A DNA stretch of 64,000 bases from Dehalococcoidia bacterium (GTDB lineage Bacteria > Chloroflexota > Dehalococcoidia > Plut-88900), in the NCBI GenBank assembly GCA_965197645.1, contig OZ240219.1, forward strand, positions 992,001 through 1,056,000, read 5' to 3'. Of this stretch, positions 38,558 to 48,262 are shown piece after piece (position 1 is the first letter of the stretch; every line of letters starts with the position of its first letter). The notes beneath the pieces are model-generated. The model worked only from the letters and a program-made list of their open reading frames with translations. It did not search any database and had not been told where the DNA came from. Both the position numbers and the translations under genes were made by a program.

Positions 38558-38861
38558 GCCCCTCTGCACACCCCACGGATTGCCCCCACAGGCTGCCCTA
38601 CACCCATAACATGAGAGAAGAGAGGGCGAAGCCCCTTTGCACACCTCACGGATTGCCCCTACAGGCTGCCCTGCACCCATAACATGAGAGAAGAGAGGGC
38701 GAAGCCCCTTTGCACACCCCAGGGATTGCCCCCACAAGCTGCCCTGCACCCATAACATGAGAGAAGAGAGGGCGAAGCCCCTCTGCACACCTCACGGATT
38801 GCCCTTACAGGCTGCCCTGCACCCATAGCATGAGAGAAGAAAGGGCGAAGCCCCTCTGCAC
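38558..38861. repeat. Tandem repeat: four 73-bp units plus a partial unit
   Basis: Units start at 38558, 38631, 38704, 38777 and 38850 (GCCCCTYTGCACAC...CCCATAACATGAGAGAAGAGAGGGCGAA); only point differences, no unique spacers. Confidence 0.92.
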
Positions 38862-38909
38862 GTCCCATGTTTCATCGGCTTGCGGCAGGCGTGTAGGTGG
38901 CCTGCTTGC

Positions 38910-41648
38910 TTAGGCCAGATTCCGGGGGACGAAACTCATCTTGTGTTTGATCTCGGACTCCCCGGTCTTTCGCACTCGGCCCTTGCCCAGCTTGTATCGG
39001 TACCGGTTGTTGATGGGGTCGGTCTGGCCGGGCGACACGCTGTTTACCGCCGTCGACAGCTGGCCCTGGAGGAAGTTGAAATACCCGCAAGTGACCCCCG
39101 GAGGCACCTGGGGAGTAACGAAGGCCACCGCCTCGAAGCTGGCGGAGTCGTATCCGCCCGACTGGGTGAGGACCCGATCGTTCTCCACCACCACGGTATC
39201 GCCGCTTTCGATGCCTCGCGCCGCGGCGTCCGCCGGATTGATCTCCAGGAAATTGGCCGGGAATAGGTCCCACCGGTAGGGTATGCGCACGTCGTCGAAC
39301 TGGGACTGCCAGTGCTCGTTGATGCGGGTGTTGGTCACCCACAGCTCGCCTCCCGTGGGCGCGAATTCCTCCTGAAACGGCTTGACCTCATTCCAGTCCC
39401 CGTTCACGAAGATGGCTTTCCTGCTCGCGGTCCCGAACCCATCTTCATGCAGCCGGACCGTCCCCCGAAGCTGGTCCCCGACCCTGGTAATGGGACACTG
39501 GATGCCCGTGGTGCCCAGCTCTCGCAGGACCTCGTGGGCACGCCGGCCCCGGTCCCGAGCCAGCTCGACCAGTGCGGAGTAGTCATGGACGCTGCCCCTG
39601 GACGCCTCCGAGGCCTCCTCGAACACTTCGTTGGGTGCGTCCCAGTCGAACCCTTCGAACCCCATGCGTTTGGCCACCTGGGCTATGATCCACCAATCGG
39701 GCTTCGCCTCTCCGGGCGGGTCCATGAACTTGGAGTAGAGTCGCAGGCGGCGCTCACCCTGCATTCGTGAAACGTCCACCTCCCCCCACGTGGCAGCGGG
39801 AAGGAGCAGGTCGGCGAACTCGGTGAGGGCATTTTCGTATATCTCCTGCTGGACCAGCGCCATCCCGCCGTTGTCGATCCGGGCTCTGAGTAGATCGAAG
39901 ACGTTCTGGTAGTTGAACCGGCCGGAGGCACTGCCTCCCTCGAATGCATCCTGGAGCGTCAACTGCGGCTCCGTTTCTCGAGTCAGTCTCCGGACCTGCT
40001 TGGCCAGGTGTTGGGATGCGCCCATGGCTGCCATCCAGGTAGACCCGATGACCCACATGAAGCGCACGTTGTCCTCGGCGACCCACCTGTCCAGGTTCAA
40101 CTCGATGTTGTTGCCCTTGAAGTTATCAGCCGACTTTTCCTTGGGGTACTTCCCTCCTTTGATCATGCCTCGCTGGTGGCCGCCGCCCCGAGAGATCATT
40201 CTGCCCGGCCGATTACCGGCGCCGGTCAGCAGTCCCAGGCTGACGAAAGAGGCGGTGTTCTCGTAGTTGTGGCCCCAGTAGTTGCCCTTCTCCACCATCA
40301 GGGAAGTAAGGGGACGGACGCCATCGTCCTTGGGTTTCGACAGCATTTCAGCGGCCTGGCGGATCTTCTCGGCGGGGACGCCCGTTATCGCTTCTGCATT
40401 CTCCGGGGTGTAACTCGGCTCGCCCAGGACGGTGTCCCTGTATTGATCGAAGGTCATGCCGAACATGCTTCGTCGCCACGAGGTCTCCCTCCCAAGCTCC
40501 TCGCTGCCGGCGGTGTGCTGGGCGATAAACTCCCCGTCTTCCCAGCCATTCTCCAGGATGACCCTGGCGATGGCGTTGTTCAGCACGGTATCGGTGCCGG
40601 GTACGAGCTGCAGATGGAGACCTCCCCTTTTCTCGGCGAAGCTGGCCGTGTAGTCCTTACGAGGGTTCACCACGACCAGCTTGGCCCCACCCGGTGATAT
40701 CCACTGCTGGAACAAGATGGACTTGGTCTCGTACAGCGTGACCCCGGAGACGTATATGACCTCGGCATCCTTCCAGTCCTGGTAGGAGGCGCTGAAGGCG
40801 TTGACTCCGGCGTCGCTGAGCCCGGGTGTGTCCGCGCCGTCGGCGGGTTTATCGTGAGGCGCCCAACAGGGAGTGTTGATGGCGTCCAGAGCCAGCTTGG
40901 TAAGGGCGTAGGTATTCTCGTAGTAAGCGTACGAGTACATCTTCATGCCCCATGCCATCTCGGAATACCTATCGATAACATATCGGGATAGGTCGGCCAC
41001 CAGGTTCAGGGCGTCCTCCCAGGGGATGGGCACCAGCTGGTCACCGACCCTGATCTGCGGATGCTGGAGCCGGTCTTTGGTGGGCTTGCCGGCGTGGTAG
41101 AGCTTTTGAGAGAGGGTCCCGCCCCGGACGCTGTGGTCTCCGGATACGTTCACCACCTTCGTATCGCCGTCGGGGATGATCAGCACGTGGTGAGACTCCT
41201 GCCCGATCATAACGATGTTCTGCATGTTGGGTGATATCCACTTGCCGGAGAGGGTGGCAACGGGGAAATCGACGCCGAGGGCGTTCCCGGCGGCGCTGGC
41301 ATCTCCAGACGTTCCTACAGGCCAGGTATAGACCTTGTAGCCGCACCCAACCACGCAGTAGTCGCAGGCGGTTGTGGTGACCCTGGCGTTCCTGGGCGGT
41401 ATAACAACCTCGCCGGCCCCCTCGGGCGGTGGAGGTGAAATGGTAGAGGCTGGCGCCGGACCCGCCGTAGGAACAGCGGTGGGAGTGACGTCGGCGCCAC
41501 AGGCGGCAAGGACGGCGGCGGCACCGCCGACACCCAGTAGGGCCACAAAGGTCCGCCTGGACATACCTGCGGCCTTGGCCCTCACCCAGAGCGGCCCATT
41601 GTCGTTATCGGGCTGATGGTGTGGGAATCGGTTGACGGAGTCGGTCAT
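38910..41648 (-). CDS. AioA/IdrA-like Mo-bis(PGD) oxidoreductase large subunit with a Tat-lipoprotein signal
   Basis: CDYCVVGCGY [3Fe-4S] motif, HSVRGG, EKG.YWG, RGGGHQRG, ERRLRLY.KFMDPPGEAKPDW, RINEHWQS; N-terminal SRRTF..LAAC. Confidence 0.85.
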   Translation of the reverse strand: MTDSVNRFPHHQPDNDNGPLWVRAKAAGMSRRTFVALLGVGGAAAVLAACGADVTPTAVPTAGPAPASTISPPPPEGAGEVVIPPRNARVTTTACDYCVVGCGYKVYTWPVGTSGDASAAGNALGVDFPVATLSGKWISPNMQNIVMIGQESHHVLIIPDGDTKVVNVSGDHSVRGGTLSQKLYHAGKPTKDRLQHPQIRVGDQLVPIPWEDALNLVADLSRYVIDRYSEMAWGMKMYSYAYYENTYALTKLALDAINTPCWAPHDKPADGADTPGLSDAGVNAFSASYQDWKDAEVIYVSGVTLYETKSILFQQWISPGGAKLVVVNPRKDYTASFAEKRGGLHLQLVPGTDTVLNNAIARVILENGWEDGEFIAQHTAGSEELGRETSWRRSMFGMTFDQYRDTVLGEPSYTPENAEAITGVPAEKIRQAAEMLSKPKDDGVRPLTSLMVEKGNYWGHNYENTASFVSLGLLTGAGNRPGRMISRGGGHQRGMIKGGKYPKEKSADNFKGNNIELNLDRWVAEDNVRFMWVIGSTWMAAMGASQHLAKQVRRLTRETEPQLTLQDAFEGGSASGRFNYQNVFDLLRARIDNGGMALVQQEIYENALTEFADLLLPAATWGEVDVSRMQGERRLRLYSKFMDPPGEAKPDWWIIAQVAKRMGFEGFDWDAPNEVFEEASEASRGSVHDYSALVELARDRGRRAHEVLRELGTTGIQCPITRVGDQLRGTVRLHEDGFGTASRKAIFVNGDWNEVKPFQEEFAPTGGELWVTNTRINEHWQSQFDDVRIPYRWDLFPANFLEINPADAAARGIESGDTVVVENDRVLTQSGGYDSASFEAVAFVTPQVPPGVTCGYFNFLQGQLSTAVNSVSPGQTDPINNRYRYKLGKGRVRKTGESEIKHKMSFVPRNLA

Positions 41649-41675
41649 AGCACTGCTTCCCTGTATGTGAATCGA

Positions 41676-42233
41676 TTAGCCGGACGCCGGAGTAACTCCC
41701 TGCAGGTTGTCATGGAAGCCGTAGATGAGCCCGGTGACTCCCATGGCATAGACCTCGTTGCCCTCCACCTCCAGCATGATCTGGGGCAGACTCTGGGTGG
41801 CCTGGCCGAGAATCATGATCCCGTTCTTCGACAGATCAAACCGGCTGTAGTGGAAGGGGCATGGTCCCAGCATCTTGAAATCGTGTCGATAGGTGGTCTG
41901 CATGGGGCTTCCCAGGTGCGGACAAAAGTAGCTGAAGGCGACCACGTCCCCGCTTGGGCCCACACCATCGTTGGCCGCGGTCCCGAGCTTTACAACGAAG
42001 TTCCGTTGCTCTTGACCCGGATACCGGAATTCCAAGGGCTCGCCCTCGATCAGGTCGGAGAGCTTGGCGACGCTGCTCCGAGGGTAGGAGCGGGTGATGC
42101 GGGCGGCGTTCGGTCCCGCCGCCGCCACCTTTTCGATTCCCTTGGGGAAGGCGTAGATGCCAACCGCGGCCGTACCCGCCACTGCGGCCGATGCAGTCAA
42201 GAACCGTCTACGGGAAATCTTGCTTTGGCGCAT
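41676..42233 (-). CDS. AioB/IdrB-like Rieske [2Fe-2S] small subunit
   Basis: Tat SRRRFL, GVGP.GDVVAFS..CPHLG, GPCPFH..FD, GQATQSLPQI.L..YAMGVTGLIYG. Confidence 0.88.
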   Translation of the reverse strand: MRQSKISRRRFLTASAAVAGTAAVGIYAFPKGIEKVAAAGPNAARITRSYPRSSVAKLSDLIEGEPLEFRYPGQEQRNFVVKLGTAANDGVGPSGDVVAFSYFCPHLGSPMQTTYRHDFKMLGPCPFHYSRFDLSKNGIMILGQATQSLPQIMLEVEGNEVYAMGVTGLIYGFHDNLQGVTPASG

Positions 42234-42266
42234 GAGAGTCCTATCCAAACATCAGAATTTGAAACC

Positions 42267-43043
42267 TCAGACCAGTGAGTGCCCACCATCGACGACGATG
42301 GTGTGGCCGGTCACCATAGACGAAAGATCGCTGGCTAGGTAGGCCACGGCGCCGGCCATGTCCTTGGCCTCCATCATCTTGCCCATCGGGATCCCATAGT
42401 CCTCCTCGGACCAGGTCTTCTCCTCCGGATCGAAGGTCGAGGACATCTGGGTCTTGGTGGGGCCGGGGGCGATGGCGTTAACCCGGATGTTGTACTCGGC
42501 CCACTCGACGGCCAGCGCCCGGGTCAGGTTGACCACTCCTCCCTTGCTGGCCGAATAGGCGGCTGAGTTCCCATGAGGAAGCACGACGAAGGCCAGCTGG
42601 GATGCCGTGTTGATGATGCTGCCTCCACCGGCCTTGACCATCTCTCGACCGGCGGCCTGACAGCCGAAGAAGACGCCCTTCAGGTTGACGTCCAGCACCT
42701 CGTCCCACGTATCCGGAGAGAGCTCCAGGGCGGTCCCAGGGAGCAGAACGCCGGCGTTGTTGACCATGACATCCAGCTTGCCCTGCTCCTGTACTACCCG
42801 GGATACCGCCTCCGATATCGAGGCCGGTTCTCGCACGTCCCCTTCGAGGAACTGCGCCGTCCCACCGGCGTAGACGATGGACGTGACGAGGCCGGCGGCA
42901 TCCCCATTCGTATCGGGGAGATCGAAGATGGTCACCTTTGCACCGCAGGAGGCTAGGCCGCGTGCAATAGCTTCGCCGATGCCCCGGCTGCCGCCGGTCA
43001 CCATCGCTACCCGTCCGCTCAGATCTATCTCCATGCCCGTCAT
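42267..43043 (-). CDS. SDR-family NAD(P)-dependent oxidoreductase
   Basis: TGGSRGIG, NNAG, YSASK, VNAIAPG, VDGG. Confidence 0.93.
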   Translation of the reverse strand: MTGMEIDLSGRVAMVTGGSRGIGEAIARGLASCGAKVTIFDLPDTNGDAAGLVTSIVYAGGTAQFLEGDVREPASISEAVSRVVQEQGKLDVMVNNAGVLLPGTALELSPDTWDEVLDVNLKGVFFGCQAAGREMVKAGGGSIINTASQLAFVVLPHGNSAAYSASKGGVVNLTRALAVEWAEYNIRVNAIAPGPTKTQMSSTFDPEEKTWSEEDYGIPMGKMMEAKDMAGAVAYLASDLSSMVTGHTIVVDGGHSLV

Positions 43044-43168
43044 ATGGCGTAGACCCCCTAAGTAATTGATGAGGAAATGCTATCACAGTTCAAGCCCCAG
43101 GGTGGTCAAGAACGGCGCTGGGCGCGATAATTCAGGTTCAGTCGGTACGTGGGCCAAGGAGGTAAGAG

Positions 43169-44296
43169 ATGGCAGAAGAGCTGATCGTATCTTCGGATTC
43201 GCACGTGTTCGAACCGCCCGATCTGTGGACCAACAGGATTGATCCCAAGTTCCGGGGCCGTGAGCCTCGCATGAAGCGGGTGGGAGAGGTGGACCACCTG
43301 GTGATCGAAGACGACCAGACCATCAGCGGAATAGGCCTGATATCCAACGCCGGGGCCAGGTTCGATGCACCGGAGACGATCTCTGACCACGGCAAGTTCG
43401 ATGACGTGCTTGTCGGGGGTTACGAACCGGAGGAGCACATCCGGGACATGAAGATAGACGGGGTATCGGGCGAGGTGCTGTACCCGTCTCAAGGCCTCTT
43501 CTACTTCGGCATCGAGGACTCCGACCTCACCTCGGCGGTGTTCCGGACCTACAACGACTGGCTGTCCGAGTTCTGCAGCACCAATCCGCAGCGTCTGAAA
43601 GGCATAGCGATGATCAACTTGGACGATGTCCAGGAGGGCATCGCCGAGCTGGAGCGGGCCGCGGGCCTGGGCCTGGTGGGGGCGATGATCTGCGAGTATC
43701 CCGCTGAAGAGCGACGCTACTACAGCCCCGAGTACGAGCCTTTCTGGGCCGCCGCAGAGCAGCTTCGGATGCCGCTGAGCCTACACACGGCGACGAAACG
43801 GTATCAGAGCAACTTTGCAACCGGGGCGATAAGCGATGCCACCGGGCGGGCCAACAAGGTGTTCTGGCCTTCGGCATCAATGTGCGACATGATCTTTTCC
43901 GGCGTGTTCGAAAGATACCCGGGCCTGAACATCGTAATCGTCGAGTTCGAGATCGCCTGGGCGGCACATCTGCTCGGCACCATGGACTACACCTACCACG
44001 AGCGCCACGAGGAAGCCACCTACCGATACAGGGACGGCAAGATGCCCTCCGATTTCTTCCGCGAAAACGTTTTCATCAGCTTCCAGGAGGACGGCATCGG
44101 AATCCGCCTGAGGGACGTGATAGGGGTTGACTGCATGATGTGGGGTTCCGACTATCCCCACTCGGAAGCGACCTTTCCCAGGTCCCGGGAGATCATCAAC
44201 GAAATCCTGGAGGGCGTAGCCAAGGACGATAGGGCGAAAATCATCGGCGGCAACGTGGCCAGGCTCTACAACATGGATATCGATATCCTGAACTGA
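43169..44296 (+). CDS. Amidohydrolase_2 family protein
   Basis: SSDSHVFEP, EVLYPS, YNDWL, GVFERYP.L, MWGSDYPH. Confidence 0.92.
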   Translation: MAEELIVSSDSHVFEPPDLWTNRIDPKFRGREPRMKRVGEVDHLVIEDDQTISGIGLISNAGARFDAPETISDHGKFDDVLVGGYEPEEHIRDMKIDGVSGEVLYPSQGLFYFGIEDSDLTSAVFRTYNDWLSEFCSTNPQRLKGIAMINLDDVQEGIAELERAAGLGLVGAMICEYPAEERRYYSPEYEPFWAAAEQLRMPLSLHTATKRYQSNFATGAISDATGRANKVFWPSASMCDMIFSGVFERYPGLNIVIVEFEIAWAAHLLGTMDYTYHERHEEATYRYRDGKMPSDFFRENVFISFQEDGIGIRLRDVIGVDCMMWGSDYPHSEATFPRSREIINEILEGVAKDDRAKIIGGNVARLYNMDIDILN

Positions 44297-44312
44297 GACC
44301 GAGGAGGACCAC

Positions 44313-45878
44313 ATGTACAGCCCGATCAGATTTCCCGACGAGGTGGAGACCCTGGTTCGTTTCATCGAGGAGACGGACGCGGACCGGATAATCGGCGAGA
44401 CCGTGGAGAAGCTTCGCGGCGGCGTTTCGGCCAGGGAGATGCTAAGGGCCGCCGCTCTGGCCGTGGTGCGCAGCACCGAGCTGCCCGCCGTTCATCACGG
44501 TGGTGCAGTCCATCCCATATGCGGCCTCCACGGCTGCTACGGCACTTCCCAGCGACTTCGCGGCGAGATGGCCTTCCTGCCTATAGTGCAGCACGTGGCG
44601 TTGTGCAATCACCACATCCAGTCCCGCCACATGGGGCCCTATATCATGCCTGAACTGGAGCCGATGGACGGCTCGGTGGACAGGCCCTACGAGATCTACA
44701 AGGACCGGGAGTCCAGCATAGTGCACCTGGGCGGCAAATCCGACAACGGCAGCAACGGCGATGCTCTCGAGATGACCAAGACGGCCTTCTTGAACAATAT
44801 CCAGTCCCACAGGCCGGTGGCCGCCGAGCAGCTGTACCTGTGGCTGGCGGAGCGCCAGTCCCCGGGCGAGGTCATGGATCTGCTGTTGCCCGGCTTCATT
44901 ACCAGAAACTACCGGGACGATCACAATATCCTGTATCCAGTGTTCACGGCTCGAGCGCTGGATGACATAGGTTGGGAGTGGGCGCCGGTGCTGATGCGGC
45001 CCATCGTTCGCTACCAGGCTAGGAGCGGAGGCGATCTGTCCGACGGATCGACTTCCGGGTTCCAGGCCGTCGAGGACGTGGTGGAGGAGTTCGGCCTGCT
45101 GGATATGGACATCCCCTTCCACACGACGGAGGATGAGACCGAGACGGTCCGGGACCTTGGCGAAGCCATCGGGTCCAACCGCACTTTCTTCGACAACATA
45201 GAGATGATGGGTCGGGCGTTGGCGGAAGGTCTATCGCTGGAGGGCACCGGCGAGGCCCTCTCCGTCGGCACCTCGATGATCTTCTCCAGCACCAACTACG
45301 GCAACCCCATGGACTCTCACCCCCATACTGGCGTGAACACCCGCCGCTACATCGTCCAGATGGAGGGAGTCAGCGTTAAGAACAAGCTGCTGGCCCTTCT
45401 CACCGGGCTAACCGGGCCCGAGTGCACCATCAGCGAGCGCAAGATGGTTTGGCCGCCGCGCACCGATCCGGAGGTCCTGGCCGGGTTGCCCCATCGCAGC
45501 CAGGGCGATCTGCTGGCCGCCGTCGTCGAGACCGTGGAGAACCAGCCACCGGCCGACTGGAGGAACACCTCCGAGCTGGACAGTGTGGTAGCGCCCGACG
45601 AGGTGCAGCACACCAAGGCGCTGGCCGAGCAGTACATCGACTCCGGCTACGAACCCTCGGAGCTGATCGTACGGTTGGGCGAGCTGATCTGCCGGGACGA
45701 CTTCACCGAGCTTCACGCGGTCAAGCAGCACCAGGCCATCATCGACGAGTACAACACTACCCGGGAATCGCTGAGATCGATACACCTGGTGGCGGCAGCC
45801 AAGTCGGCGGCCGTGGTGCACGCGGGCAGGGAGCAGCGGGTGTACACCGAGTTCCTCCAACAGTCCAAAGTAGCCTAG
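44313..45878 (+). CDS. Conserved hypothetical helical protein with repeated His motifs
   Basis: 521-aa ORF with GAGGAGG RBS; HHGGAVH, DDH, DSHPH and ELHAVK. Confidence 0.75.
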   Translation: MYSPIRFPDEVETLVRFIEETDADRIIGETVEKLRGGVSAREMLRAAALAVVRSTELPAVHHGGAVHPICGLHGCYGTSQRLRGEMAFLPIVQHVALCNHHIQSRHMGPYIMPELEPMDGSVDRPYEIYKDRESSIVHLGGKSDNGSNGDALEMTKTAFLNNIQSHRPVAAEQLYLWLAERQSPGEVMDLLLPGFITRNYRDDHNILYPVFTARALDDIGWEWAPVLMRPIVRYQARSGGDLSDGSTSGFQAVEDVVEEFGLLDMDIPFHTTEDETETVRDLGEAIGSNRTFFDNIEMMGRALAEGLSLEGTGEALSVGTSMIFSSTNYGNPMDSHPHTGVNTRRYIVQMEGVSVKNKLLALLTGLTGPECTISERKMVWPPRTDPEVLAGLPHRSQGDLLAAVVETVENQPPADWRNTSELDSVVAPDEVQHTKALAEQYIDSGYEPSELIVRLGELICRDDFTELHAVKQHQAIIDEYNTTRESLRSIHLVAAAKSAAVVHAGREQRVYTEFLQQSKVA

Positions 45879-45992
45879 CCGGGGGTGGAGCCCACCTCGT
45901 TTGTGGTCTCCGGCAGGCTGACGAAATATGGGGAGTGTGGAGTACCCTTGCCGGGCGACAGCGGTGTCCCTCACACGGGCAAAGCCTAGCCA

Positions 45993-46580
45993 GTGAAGAT
46001 CGATGGTTATGGCATCGAGCCGCTGACCACCGATAGGTGGGCGGACCTGGAAACCGTGCTGGGCCCGAGCGGACATGGCGGCTGCTGGTGCACCTACTGG
46101 GTTCATCCCAACACCGTCGTCTGGGGAGAGGGCGCCAAGGGCGGCAAGAACGGTGCCAACAAGGGGCTCTTTCAGCGGATCGTAGACCAGGGGCCTCCGC
46201 CCGGCCTCCTCGCCTACCATGAAGGCACGCCGGCAGGCTGGTGCAGGATCATGCCGCGGGCGAGCCAGCCTGGTCTCGCCAATATCCGCTTCTTCAAGAT
46301 GGGCCTGGCAATCGAGGGTGTCTGGTCCATCCCGTGCTTCGTGGTGCGCCCCAAGTATCGTGGGCGAGGTCTTACGAGTGTATTGATCAAGGCGGCAATG
46401 CGATACGCCCGTTCCCAGGGCGCCCGGTCCATCGAGGCCTATCCATGGGATACCAACGAGAGAAAGGGCGCCGGGACCATTTTCACCGGTGTAGCTTCCA
46501 CGTTTCATCGTCTCGGGTTCGAGGTGGTGCAGCGAAAAGTGGCCCACAGACCGATGATGAGATTGGAACTGGACACGTAG
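45993..46580 (+). CDS. GNAT-family acetyltransferase
   Basis: GCWC, PGLLAY, GWC, WSIPCFVV...RGRG, IEAYP. Confidence 0.88.
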   Translation: MKIDGYGIEPLTTDRWADLETVLGPSGHGGCWCTYWVHPNTVVWGEGAKGGKNGANKGLFQRIVDQGPPPGLLAYHEGTPAGWCRIMPRASQPGLANIRFFKMGLAIEGVWSIPCFVVRPKYRGRGLTSVLIKAAMRYARSQGARSIEAYPWDTNERKGAGTIFTGVASTFHRLGFEVVQRKVAHRPMMRLELDT

Positions 46581-46646
46581 GCCTCTCTCGAACGTCGGCC
46601 ATATCTGCTATCATCTTCCAACCTGACTACACCCGCGGAGGAGACC

Positions 46647-48104
46647 ATGGTAACTGTACAGATGGACTTGTTCTCGTCGGCTACGGACATGCTGACGGCA
46701 TTGGAACAGCGCAAGATATCCTCGGTGGAGCTGCTGGAGCTGCACCTGGAGCGCATCGAGAAGTACAACCCCAAGCTGAACGCGATCGTGATTCCCAACT
46801 ACGAAAACGCCCGCAAGGTCGCAGCGGCAGCTGACGATGCCCGCTCCAAGGGCGAAACCGGTCCCTTCCTGGGGCTACCCCTGACCATCAAGGACTGCAT
46901 CGACGTCAATGGATTGGCCGCTACCGGGGGCCTGAAGGAGTTCGCCGAGCGCATCGCAGACTCCGACTCCAGGCTCGCCGGACGGGTGCTGGGGGCGGGG
47001 GGCGTGCTGATGGGCAAGACGAACGTGCCGCCCGGTGCGGCGGACTGGCAATCGGCCAACCCGATATTCGGTCGGACCAACAACCCGTGGGACCTGTCGA
47101 AGTCGCCGGGAGGCAGCACGGGGGGCGGTTCGGCAGCCCTGGCTGCGGGGCTGACCCCTCTGGAGTTCGGCAGCGACGTTGGTGGCTCGATAAGGATTCC
47201 CGCCGCCTTCTGCGGCGTCTTCGGCCACAAGCCCAGCGAGACCGCTCTTCCCAAGAGCGGACACTTCCCCGGATCGGCCCTGCCCAACCTGTTCAACGTG
47301 ATGTCGGTACAGGGACCGCTGGCCCGCACCGCAGGGGACCTGATGCTGGCGATGGACGTGGTAATCGGCCCCGACGTGGGCGAAGACACGGCTTGGCGAC
47401 TGGAGCTTCCCCCTGCCCGGCATGAGCGACTGGCCGATTTCAGGGTGGCTATCCTCCCGCTAATCGACTGGCTTCCCGTCGATGCCGAGATATCGGAATC
47501 GCTGGAGGAGCTGGTCGGCAGCCTGCGCAAGGTGGGAGCGAAGGTCCAGGAGGCCCAGCCCGAAGCCTTGGAAAACATGCGCCGTCACCACGAGCTCTAC
47601 TCCTCCATCCTGTCCGCCGCAAGCGCCCTTGGCATGTCGGAAGGCGACCGGAAGCGCAGGGCCGAGAAGATGCGTAAGGGTGAGGACCCCTTCGGCGATG
47701 CGTTAGCAAAGGGTCTCGAGGCCAGCGCCTCGGACTACAACCTGTGGTTGCAGGACCGGGAACACGTGCGAAAGTCCTATAGAGAGTTCTTCCAAGATTG
47801 GGACATTCTCCTTGCTCCCAACGACATAACGGTAGCCTTCCCTCATACGGAGGAGCCATGGCCCAAGCGCCGGCTCAATATCAACGGAGAGCCGGTCTTC
47901 TATGGCCTACAGACGGTGTATCCCGCAACGGCTACACTGAGCGGCCAGCCCTCGACGTCCTTTCCCACCAGGTTGACCAGAGCCGGATTGCCCATCGGGA
48001 TGCAGGCCGTGGGGCCTTACCTGGAAGACCGAACGCCGATACGGTTCGCCGGCCTGGTAGAGCAGGAGTTTGGGGGATTCCAACCGCCCCCAGGGTATGA
48101 GTAG
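46647..48104 (+). CDS. Amidase signature family protein
   Basis: GLPLTIKD, GKTNVP, GGSTGG, GSDVGGSIRIPA. Confidence 0.93.
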   Translation: MVTVQMDLFSSATDMLTALEQRKISSVELLELHLERIEKYNPKLNAIVIPNYENARKVAAAADDARSKGETGPFLGLPLTIKDCIDVNGLAATGGLKEFAERIADSDSRLAGRVLGAGGVLMGKTNVPPGAADWQSANPIFGRTNNPWDLSKSPGGSTGGGSAALAAGLTPLEFGSDVGGSIRIPAAFCGVFGHKPSETALPKSGHFPGSALPNLFNVMSVQGPLARTAGDLMLAMDVVIGPDVGEDTAWRLELPPARHERLADFRVAILPLIDWLPVDAEISESLEELVGSLRKVGAKVQEAQPEALENMRRHHELYSSILSAASALGMSEGDRKRRAEKMRKGEDPFGDALAKGLEASASDYNLWLQDREHVRKSYREFFQDWDILLAPNDITVAFPHTEEPWPKRRLNINGEPVFYGLQTVYPATATLSGQPSTSFPTRLTRAGLPIGMQAVGPYLEDRTPIRFAGLVEQEFGGFQPPPGYE

Positions 48105-48262
48105 GGGTGGTATGGGTAGTCAGACCAGGGGAGAGAAACGGGAACAACGGCGCCGTAACAGGCGCAAGATGAAGGTATCGGGCCGCAGCCTCAAGCAGCT
48201 TCTTCAGCACATAGGCCGGAAAGCGAAGAGGATCAGGGAAGTAGGGTAGCCGGCTACATCTG

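Noticed and set aside
38558-38861. Possible CRISPR array
   Set aside because: Whole 73-bp units repeat with only point changes; no unique spacers and no cas genes in the window.
38251-38868. ORFs with repeated peptides (GQPVGAIR...)
   Set aside because: Translations of the non-coding tandem repeat in several frames; no RBS.
38910-41648. Assigning the symbol aioA or idrA
   Set aside because: Substrate-region motif differs from AioA and no idrP genes flank it; needs phylogeny.
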